A stretch of 64,000 bases of DNA from Malacoraja senta. Lineage: Eukaryota. The notes beneath the pieces are model-generated. The model saw only the letters and a program-made list of their open reading frames with translations, was not told the origin of the DNA and made no database searches. The position numbers and the translations under genes were made by a program. Positions 54,601-64,000 of this stretch are shown here, piece after piece; position 1 is the first letter of the stretch; the number at the start of each line of letters is the position of its first letter. Location: positions 868,001 to 932,000 of the forward strand of contig CM076000.1 in assembly GCA_038087875.1 (NCBI GenBank). The letters run 5' to 3'.

Positions 54601-55214
54601 GCAAGGTGACTTGGATAGGCTGGGTGAGTGGGCAAATGTTTGGCAGATGCAGTATAATGTGGATAAATGTGAGGCTATCCACTTTGGTGGCAAAAACGGG
54701 AAGGCAGACTATTATCTAAATGGTGACCGATTAGGAAATGGGGAGATGCAGCGAGACCTGGGTGTCATGGTACACCAGTCATTGAAAGTAGGCATGCAGG
54801 TGCAGCAGGCAGTGAAGAAAGCGAATGGTATGTTGGCTTTCATAGCAAGAGGATTTGAGTATAGGAGCAGGGAGGTTCTACTGCAGTTGTACAGGGTCTT
54901 GGTGAGACCACACCTGGAGTATTGCGTACAGTTTTGGTCTCCAAATCTGAGGAAGGACGTTATTTTCACACAGAGAGTGGTGAATCTCTGGAACTCTCTG
55001 CCACAGAGGGTAGTTGAGGCCAGTTCATTGGCTATATTTAAGAGGGAGTTAGATGTGGCCCTTGTGGCTAAGGGGATCAGGGGGTATGGAGAGAAGGCAG
55101 GTACGGGATACTGAGTTGGATGATCAGCCATGATCATATTGAATGGCGGTGCAGGCTCGAAGGGCCGAATGCCCTACACCTGCACCTATTTTCTATGTAT
55201 CTATGTATCTATGT
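51631..55214 (+). mobile_element. CR1 LINE with 5' end, intact ORF1 and internally deleted ORF2
   Basis: Duplicated 5'UTR unit (51631 and 51721); ORF1; APE endonuclease (ITETWL, GGGVAL, MGDFN, KSDH); RT 3' part (GVPQGSVLGP, FADDTKL); (tctatgta)n tail; deletions near 54340 and 54960. Confidence 0.92.
51942..52877 (+). CDS. CR1 ORF1p: Zn finger, coiled coil and SGNH/GDSL esterase domain
   Basis: CSGC...CARC, leucine-zipper-like IRNLEQQLDDL, GDSIVR, HIGTND, DGLH; 311 uninterrupted codons. Confidence 0.88.
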   Translation: MRARAVYCSGCQMWEVMESDSPPDVHICARCIEMGLLMDRIRNLEQQLDDLRLVRESEEVIERSYREVATPRPQEAGKWITVGRGKGHRQGLESTPVAVHLDNKYSCLSTVRGNSLPGGSDSGRASGIETGPVAQKGKEKKRRTILIGDSIVRGSDRRFCGRSRETRMVVCLPGARVCDVSQRVQDILKGQGEEPEVVVHIGTNDIGKKREVVLKGEFRELGGELKRTTAKVTISGLLPVPRDSESRNGVRWRINAWLKDWCRRQGFKFLDHWDLFCGRFDLYKKDGLHLNLRGTDILAGRFAKATGETLN

Positions 55215-55422
55215 CGAGATTCTCTCTCCTGAAGGCCACGCCCCTTCCGGAGGGACTATAAAACCCGGAAGTGTTGAGTGCCTCAGTCAGTCTCTGCAAG
55301 ATGGAGGAGCGAGAGGGTCACGTCTCTCAGTCTGAGCTGTGAATAACCCTGAACACATGTCTACTAAACTGTGAGTGGTTTTACTGACCTGTCAGTGCCC
55401 TTAATGTGGTTTGAAAATATAG

Positions 55423-56497
55423 TTTGGAAATGCTAAAGCTGTGTTGCCTTTGGCTTGGAAATGCTAAAGCTGTGTTGCCTTTGGTCTGGAAATGCTAAAG
55501 CTGTGTTACCTTTGGTTTGGAAATTCTAAAGCTGTGTTGCCTTTGGTTTGGAAATGCTAAAGCTGTGTTGCCTTTGGTTTGGAAATGCTAAAGCTGTGTT
55601 GCCTTTGGTTTGGAAATGCTTAAGCTGTGTTGCCTAATTAAAGTTGCCTTGCCTAATTAAAGTTGCCTTGCCTAATTAAAGTTGCCTTGCCTAATTACTA
55701 TGAAAGTAAGCATGCAGGTACAGCAGGCAGTGAAGAAAGTGAATGGCATTTTGGCCTTTATAACAAGAGGAATCGAATATAGGAGCAAAGAGGTCCTTCT
55801 GCAGTTGCACAGAGCCCTAGTGAGACCACACCTGGAGTATTGTGTGCCGTTTTGGTCCCCTAATTTGAGGAAGGACATTCTTGCTATTGAGGGAGTGTAG
55901 CGTAGGTTTGCAAGGTTAATTCCTGGGATGGCAGGACTGTCATATGCTGAGAGAATGGAGTAGCTGGGCTTGTACACTCTGGAGTTTAGAAGGATGAGAG
56001 GGTATCTCATTGAAACATATAAGATTGTTAAGGGCTTGGACACGCTAGTGGCAGGAAACATGTTGGGGGAGTCCAGAATCAGGGGCCACAGTTTAAGAAT
56101 AAGGAGTAAGCCATTTAGAACGGAGACGAGAAAACACTTTTTCTCACAGAGAGTGGTGAGTCTGTGGAATTCTCTGCCTCAGAGGGCGGTGGAAGCAGGT
56201 TCTCTGGATTCTTTCAAGAGAGAGCTAGATAGGGCTCTTAAAAATAGCAGTCAGGGGATATGGGGAGAAGGCAGGAACGGGATACTGATTGGGGATGATC
56301 AGCCATGATCACATTGAATGGCGGTGCTGGCTCGATGGGCCAAATGACCTACTCTTGCACCTGATGTCTATTATCTATTGTCTAATTAAAGTTGCCTTGC
56401 CTAATTAAAGTTCCCTTGCCTTATTAAAGTTGCCTTGCCTAATTAAAGTTGCCTTGCCTAATTAAAGTTGCCTTGCCTAATTAAAGTTGCCTTGCCT
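55423..56497. repeat. 31-bp minisatellite (~7 copies) followed by a 19-bp minisatellite interrupted by a CR1 3' fragment
   Basis: (ggaaatgctaaagctgtgttgcctttggttt)n at 55423-55634; (gcctaattaaagttgcctt)n at 55632-55698 and 56382-56497; CR1 fragment ~55699-56382 lies between. Confidence 0.9.
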
Positions 56498-56820
56498 TCT
56501 ATATAATTAAAAGTCTAATCTTGACCACTTCCTGTTTGCGCTTTATATTGATGTTAGAAAAAACGCTACCACGTACGGCTGTGATTTTTGGCCATCTTAC
56601 TCAGTCCCCCTCCGCTCATCAGGTGCCGAGGATTTTTTCCCATCAATGAAAAATAAAAGAGTTATTAGTGTTTAAAAAATGTTGAGATTCTCTCTCCTGT
56701 CAATCACGCCATGAAGGCCACGCCTTCTGGTGGTAGGGGGGGACTATAAAATCCAGAAGTGTGGGCGTGGCTCAGTCTCTGTAAGATGGAGGAGGGAGAG
56801 GTCACGATTCGCTGTCTTTA

Positions 56821-56942
56821 GTGGCCTTGCACCCTGCTTGAAATGGTATGAAACTGCACTTGAATTTGGTGGCCTTGCACCCTGCTTGAAGTGGTAAGAA
56901 ACTGCACTTGAATTTGGTGGCCTTGCACCCTGCTTGAAATGG
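56821..56942. repeat. 48-bp tandem repeat, ~2.5 copies
   Basis: gtggccttgcaccctgcttgaa... at 56821, 56869 and 56917. Confidence 0.9.
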
Positions 56943-58336
56943 AATTTCAAGGAATAGCCATGAGTCAACTGCCAGCCAACCAGCCGTGAGTGAGTGAGCT
57001 GCCAGCACAACAGGCTTGAGTGACTGAGCCCAAGAATCCATTCGGCCCACAATGTCCATACTAGCCCTCTGGAAACCAGTCCCTTCAGCCCACAACACCC
57101 ATACTAGCACTCCAGAAAGCCCCCCACCCCCCCCCCCCCGCATTGTCCACTAATATTGCAATTGATTGGGAGGTGGAATATTGCGTTGGGGGACCAGCCC
57201 CCCTGTGTGATGCTGGGACCCAACGTGTCCCACTTAGTCTAGTGTATTTATAAAATCTTTTGGGATTGTCCTTAATGCTACCCACCAGAGCTATCTGCTA
57301 GCCCCTTTTTGCCCTTCTGATTTCCTTTTTTAATTTACTCCATAGTTCCCGAAACTCCTCCAGGGAAGCCAAAGTATTAAGAATAAGGGGTAAGCCATTT
57401 AGAACGGAGATGAGGAAACACTTTTTCACACACAGAGTTGTGAGTCTGTGGAATTCTCTGCTTCAGAGGGCAGTGGAGGCCGGTTCTCTGGATACTTTCA
57501 AGAGAGAGCTAGATGGGGCTCTTAAAGACAGCGCAGTCAGGGGATATGGGGAGAAGGCAGGAACGGGGTACTGATTGTGGATGATCAGCCATGATCACAT
57601 TGAATGTCAGTGCTGGCTCGAAGGAACGAATGGCTTACTCCTGCACCTATTGTCTATTATCTAACACTAATCTATCTCCTACTAATTTAACCACCTACAT
57701 TTTTATCCCAATCATTTATAAATGTCACAAACAACAGAGATCTTGTAGAACATCACTGGTTGGAGACCTCCAGTCAGAAAAACATCCCTCCACCATTACC
57801 CTTTTTCCTCTGAAAAAGTCAATTTTACATCCAACTTACTATTTCATATCTCACATTGGAAAACCAGCAATTATCTTGCAAGTAACACTGAAAGTTTGTA
57901 TCTGTCAGTTAACACTACTGGGTAGGTTAATCACATGTCAAGCTACCGACTGGATCAGCCCTATATAGTCTAAGTCAATATTTTCATTTGCAGTTTTAAT
58001 ATTTTTGACATGGTGTGGTTCATCACTCTCAATTTTGGATGCCTGGGTACCTGAACAATTGGGGCATCCCATCTAATTTCTAGGCTACAGTGTCAAATTG
58101 ATACGAACAATTGAGCTGTGCCACGTCATTACTTTTAGAATAAAGTCACTGTTTTTAAACTCTTAAGTCATCAGCAAAAAACATAATTAAAATATTGGAA
58201 TAGCATTTAGCAGTAAGAATGAAATATTCTTTGAGGTGTTACAAACTAATAAAGATGCTCTGGAAAATTATTGTTACCTTGCCATTAACAAAACACTTGA
58301 ATATATATTAGATATGTCATAAAATGGCATAATTAC

Positions 58337-58571
58337 CATTTAAAACAATGAGAACTTTCTTCCACTGTGTATTACCAACTTTGGGGGTTTGACAGAATAG
58401 GATTTTGTATTTATCGCACACAAATATACGGTCCAAGACAAACTTTGTTAGAGAAGTATGTGCTAGATTCCTTAAAGAAGTATTTTTGCACACATTCTCA
58501 AGAAGACTCTGGCGTTCATTGTGTACTGCATCCCAGTGTGAATCCACTTCATTCAATGGACGTCCAGTAGG
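58337..58571 (-). CDS. CHST10: CHST10 (HNK-1 sulfotransferase) coding exon with 5'-PSB motif
   Basis: ttcag|PTGRPL...KFVLDRIFVCDKYKILFCQTPKVGNTQWKKVLIVLN G|gtaatt; 235 bp. Upstream coding exons were not confidently located in the window. Confidence 0.93.
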
Positions 58572-61439
58572 CTGAAAGGAAAAACAGAAATACTGTTTTT
58601 GATAATGTTCAACAGCAATTCTTCATCCATTGATTTCAAAAATGTACTTTTTGTGGTGAGGGGCATAGAGCACATGGCGTTTTTGATTGAATGAGGGAAA
58701 AATATATCAAAGACTAAGGCAGCCTGCACAACCACTGTATTGATCTTAATGGCTTGCAAAAGAGGATAAAGTCAGGTAAAAGAAGATTTTTAAGATGCAG
58801 AGGAAAGGAGAAACAGGGAAGTCTAACTCATCAGAAAGCAGCATGGAGTTTCACTTGAGCTGAAGGGGGCGTAATGGGAGAAAGGGGAGCAGGGAATGAT
58901 TTATGGTTGAATAAAGGGTTGGGTCTAGTGCCGAGCTGCATATTTCCAGAAGAAAATAGCAACATTAAAACAATATTGACAGGGAAGGAAAATATTATTT
59001 TTTTGACAATATATACAACAATTATGCTACCTTAAAAGTCGTTCTTCTAATAGTACAATAGTTAGATCCTGTAAAAGACAAGTTTATTTTGTGTAACAAC
59101 CCTTCCTGTCACTGAGAAACAGCCCAAATACTACAAACTAGCACAAGCAGCAGTAAACATCACAAAAATTATGATACACAGTTGCACAAACAAACCTTAT
59201 ATAATTCACAAAGTGTAAATATTGGGATGATGCCTAACAACTTGGCATATATTTTGAGACTGAGGAAAACAATGAAATTAATCTTGCCAGAGCTACATAT
59301 GGCCTGTAACTAGACTCCACTTGAGCTTTATGGCAGGGCCCAATCTTACTGGATCCCTCAGCATCTGTGGTGGATCAGAGACTCCATTGATTTCAGGCCT
59401 GCAGATTAGGAGACAAAGGGGAAGCTATTTTATATTACCTCACTATAGTTTAATGTTTTGAATTATCTCCAAGTGTTTTAATTAGCTTACTCGTTTATCA
59501 TTCACTTGCATGTTAATAAATTTTAATATTTTTTGAACGGAGACATTTAAAATCTCTTAAAATACATGAAGCACTGAGAGAAGACAAAGCAACAGCTTCC
59601 GTGTCTGTCAAAGTCTACTGAGGAGTATTTGAGGGCAGGGCCTCTGGGCCTCGCCATCTAAGTCCCACCTGTCAACTCCACAAGGACCTGCAAGAGCTCC
59701 TTACCGCATCCTATCGGATAGGTGCTGGTAAATGAAGATCATTAAATTATGGGACATGTCCAGCAAGATTTGGACCAATGGCTTTTACTCAAAGGTTTGT
59801 TAAAAACCTGCTTTAATTCACTGTCCAGCCTGCATTTCAAATCAATCCCAAAAGTAAATTGAAATACTTCAAGAGCAGAATCAGAAGCTTCCGATGCACA
59901 ACAAAATTAAAGAACATCAACTTTATTTTAATAAATGCCGGGAAATGTTAACATTCGCCATTCATACAATTTGAAATTTATCTAATTTCATAAGAATGCT
60001 ATTAAGAGTCCAATGGGATAACTCCACTATCAGCCAAGCCAGTTGACCATAATGCTTGAATTTACGCATATAATTTAGTTAGCGGGTGATGAATCTGTGG
60101 AATTCTGTGCCACGGAAGGCTGTGGAGGCCAAGTCAGCGGATATTTTTAAGGCAAAGATAGATAGAATCTTGATTAATACAGGTGTCAGAAGTTATGGGG
60201 AGAAAGCAGGAGAATGGGGTTAGGAGAGATAGATAGATCAGCCATGATTGAATGGCGGAGTAGACTTGATGGGCCAAATAGCCTAATTCTACTGCGATCA
60301 CTCATGATAATTGGTGTACATAGCCCATACTCCATATATTTTTTATGAAAATACCCTGCTTATGTTGGGAGAAAGTGCCATACATTTTTGCATGTTGTTT
60401 CTTCATCACCTTCAAAAGAATAATTTCTGAGTAAACAATGGTTAGTGCAGCTTTTCAGCTCCACTGACCCAAATTCAATCCTGACCTTAGGTGCATCTGT
60501 TAAGAGATTGTACATTCACCCTTTAACTGCACGGGTTTCCTCCAGGTTTCTACGCCCCCAAAAAATGCACTGGTTGGTAGGTTAGTTGACTACTGTAAAA
60601 CTGTTCCCACAAGAAAGCAGGAGAATCAGTGGGGATGAGAAATTGATGGAAATACCAGAGGAAGAAAGAAATTAGTATTAGGATTAGTATCCTACACTCT
60701 ATCTCTTACATTCTTATTTTTACCATTCTTACACTCTTATACTCAAGTATGATTGTGCCTATATAATAACATTTCTACTGAACTGTATGCAAAAAAAGGA
60801 ATTTCACTATGCCTCGGTACATGTGCCAATAAAGTACCATTGAACCATTGAGATGGCACAGATGCAGTAGGCCAAAGGGCTTGCACTTGTGTCTAATGAC
60901 TGTATGACTTGAAAGCAATATTGTTAGCTGGGCTGCTCGCTGTGAATACAATATACACCCCAACCCACATCCAATTTATTTGCAGATATAGCATCGACAA
61001 TAGGCACTTAATTAGTTTTTAAAAATGACCATGTACTTACTGGAGTAAATAGAAGCCAAAATTGGCTGCTGCTCAGGCACAGAATGGCTGATGTTGAAAA
61101 GCCAGGGAGAATAGATTTTGATTAGAAAGATTTGGATAGGTGAAGTTCTTGGAGTGGTGAACTGCAGGGTCACATTTATCTCAACACAATATTGGCCAAG
61201 ACTGCAAACTCAGGTAAAAAATTAAAGGAGGTTATTTGGCAAATTTCAGATCCAAAAATAAATACTCAAAGGGTGCAGCTCTTAATCTCCTGACATTACA
61301 AAATAGTTAACTGTTGTTGCTGCTACTGGAACAGTCCGCAGGCCAGACAAGATAAATGGGAATAATAGCAACACCCTTTTTCTCATTCATGTCACTGATA
61401 ATGCCAGTGTTTATCTTTTAATTCAAATAGTCCAGTACT

Positions 61440-63670
61440 GAGGAAACACAAGCATCAAAAAACAAACAGTTTCTTGAACTCGCCAGGTCAAGTGGCACCT
61501 GTGGAGGGAAATGAATAGTCGATGTTTTAGATCGAGACCCTCTAGACAGAAACATTGGAGGGGAGATAGACAATATAGAGGGGTGAAGGGATGGGGCAAG
61601 AGCTGGCACAGGATAGGTCATTGGCAGCTGGACAAACTCAGTGGGTCAGGCAGCATATGTTGAGGGAAATGAACAGCCGACATTTTGGGTTGGGTAGATC
61701 TGCTCTATCTATATGTTCACCAATACTAATACACACCACTCGGATCTATAATCCAGTGTGGGTTTTACCATATAGTCGCCATTTATTACTAATGCTCCAG
61801 ACACTAGATGCCAGTCGAGATGCAGTTACAGTGGTGTCAACATGCAGTGTAACTTTATTATGTGCCAATAAACTTGTTGGATCGTTACTTGGAGTATGTA
61901 TTAATAGCTCTACAGTTGAGACCTTTCATCTAGACTGAAATAGAAGGGAAATATCCAGTATAAAAAGATGGAGGTGTGAGTGGGGCAAGAGCTAGTGAGT
62001 AGATACAGATGTGGAGGAGTTAGTAGGCAGATAACAATCAAGTGGGGTGTGGAAGAGTGGAGGTAGCGACAAAGGGTGGCAAATGATAAGTAGAGAGCAA
62101 AAGACTGCCGAATCTGATAGGAAGGTGAAGAGTGGAACTGAATGAGAGGTGGTGGCAGATGGGACAGGGAGGGGTGAGCAGTGGAAGAGGGGGGGGTATC
62201 CAGTGGGAGGTGAGTTGGGGAGGGGAGAAACAAAAGCAGAGCGATAGGGAGCTTGGGGGTAAGCTGGGAAGAAAGGGGCCCGAGTGGGGACCAGGGTGGA
62301 TAGATAGAGAAAGGGACAGAGTGGATGTGTGTTACTTGAAATTGGAGAATTCAATGATCAATGGATAATAGACAATAGACAATAGGTGCAGGAGTAGGCC
62401 ATTCTGCCCTTCGAGCCAGCACCGCCATTCACTGTAATCATGGCTGATCATCCACAATAAGTACCCCGTTCCTGCTTTTTCACCATATCTTTAAGAGCTC
62501 TATCTAACTCTCTCTTGAAAGCATCCAGAGAATTGGCCTCCACTGCCTTCTGAAGCAGAGAATTCCACAGATTCACAACTCTTTGGGTGAAAATGTTTGT
62601 CCTCCTCTCTGTTGTAAATGGCCTACCCCTTATTCTTAAACTGTGGCCCCTGGTTCTGGACTCCCCCATCATTGGGAACATGTTTCCTGCCTCTAGCATG
62701 TCCAATCCCTTAATAATCGTATATGTTTCAATAAGATATCCTCTCATCCTTCTAAATTCCAGTGTATACAAGCACAGTCGCTCCATTCTCTCAACATCTG
62801 ACAGTCCCGCTATCCTGGGAATTAACCTCGTGAACCTACGCTGCACTCCCTCAATAGCAAGAATGTCCTTCCTCAAATTTGGAGCCCAAAACTGCACAGA
62901 ATACTCCAGGTGTGGTCTCACCAGGGCCCTGTACAACTGCAGGACCTCTTTGCTCATATACTCATCTCCTCTTGTTATGAAGGCCAACATGCCATTAGCT
63001 TTCTTCACTGCCTGCTGTACCTGCTTGATTACTTTTAGTGACTGATGAACAAGTACCCCCAGATAACGTTGTACTTCCCCTTTTCCCAACTTAACACCAT
63101 TCAGATAATAATCTGCCTTCCTGTTTTTGCCACCAAAGTGGATAACCTCACATTTATCCACATTAAACTGCATCTGCCATGTATCTGCCCACTCACCCAA
63201 CCTGTCCAAGTCACCCTGCATCCTCATAGCATCCTCTTCACAGTTCACACTGCCACCCAGCTTTGTGTCATCTGCAAATTTGCTAATGTTACTTTTAATC
63301 CCTCCATCTAAATCATTAATGTATATTGTAAATAGCTGCGGTCCCAGCACGGAGCCTTGCGGTACCCCACTAGTCACTGCCTGCCATTCTGAAAGGGACC
63401 CGTTAATCCCTGCTCTTTGTTTCCTGTCTGCCAACCAATTTTCTATCCATGTCAGTACCTACCCCCAATACCATGTGCTCTAATTGAAGATCATGGCATT
63501 GAATTGTAGACTACCCAGGTGGAATACGAGGAGCCGTTCTTCTAATTTGCATTTGACCTCAAACTCAATGGGGAGGCTGAGTATAGAAAATGTGGGGATG
63601 GGAAGAGACAGTAAAATGATTGGCAACTGGGAGATTAAGATGGCTACTGCAGGTAGAGTGCTGGTGCTCA
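61440..63670 (-). mobile_element. Penelope-like element 3' relic split by a CR1
   Basis: 63484-63670 reads KCKLEERLLVFHLGSLQFNAM and resumes at ~62360 as IIEFSNFK*, resembling the C-terminus of PLE GIY-YIG ORFs; followed by a pyrimidine-rich 3' region and terminal-repeat remnants. Confidence 0.7.
62365..63483 (-). mobile_element. CR1 LINE 3' fragment
   Basis: 328-aa RT C-terminal ORF (GVPQGSVLGP, FADDTKL, LVRPHLEY); tail (tattgtc)n. Confidence 0.93.
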
Positions 63671-64000
63671 GCAAATCAGTGGCCTGGAGTCATAAAGTTA
63701 TATAGCACGGAAACAGGCCCTTCGTTCCAAACCGTTAATGTATATAACAAGCAGCAGTGGGCCCAGCTCCGACCCCCAGCTCTCCACTGGTAACTGGTAA
63801 CAATCAGAAAAAATCCTTAGCTTTCCAGAACTATTCTTTGATTTCTTCCTCCGATCTAATTTTGAATTCTAATGTCTATATAGATAATGTCCAGTGCCCT
63901 GCCCTCGTTAATCCTGTTGGTGACCTTCTTAAAAAACATCAGGTTTGTCAGATATGATTTCTCATGCACAAAGGCATTTTAACTCTCCACAAGCAAACCC

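Larger units (their letters stand above)
51456..57242 (+). mobile_element. Composite non-autonomous Helitron (two 5' modules, one 3' end) carrying nested CR1s and minisatellites
   Basis: A|TCTATATTACTAAAAGTC at 51456, second related 5' module TCTATATAATTAAAAGTC at 56498, hairpin tgggac...gtccca and CTAG|T at 57239-57242; the flanks rejoin into a CR1 ORF2. Confidence 0.85.

Noticed and set aside
55423..56942. Regular 31/19/48-bp repeats resembling a CRISPR array
   Set aside because: Head-to-tail units with no unique spacers, no cas genes, and a vertebrate context.
59031..61087. Candidate upstream CHST10 exons (59031-59068 and 61041-61087)
   Set aside because: Splice signals and phase are plausible, but the peptides show no convincing similarity to CHST10, so they are left uncalled.

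Overview
Vertebrate genomic DNA, most likely from a cartilaginous fish such as a skate or ray (inferred from the repeat landscape). Two minus-strand protein-coding genes are present. One is a complete 12-exon LON peptidase N-terminal/RING-finger gene (LONRF2-like, CDS 25875->2182, 776 aa by exon sum, all junctions GT-AG and phase-consistent). The other is the last three coding exons of the HNK-1 sulfotransferase CHST10 (58571->41046); LONRF2 and CHST10 are also neighbours in human. The rest is dominated by transposable elements: a decayed Gypsy LTR element (199-bp LTRs, AAAC TSD) with an L1 nested in pol, many CR1 fragments (one with an intact esterase ORF1), two non-autonomous Helitrons (one a 5.8-kb composite splitting a CR1 at an A|T site), a Penelope relic, Rex1/Babar fragments and tRNA-type SINEs. 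The most notable signals are RNA-structural. A 142-bp TSD-flanked retroposon begins exactly with an HDV-like ribozyme fold. About ten palindromic elements carry minimal hammerhead ribozyme cores. Several long fold-back palindromes also occur, one of them downstream of the LONRF stop codon.
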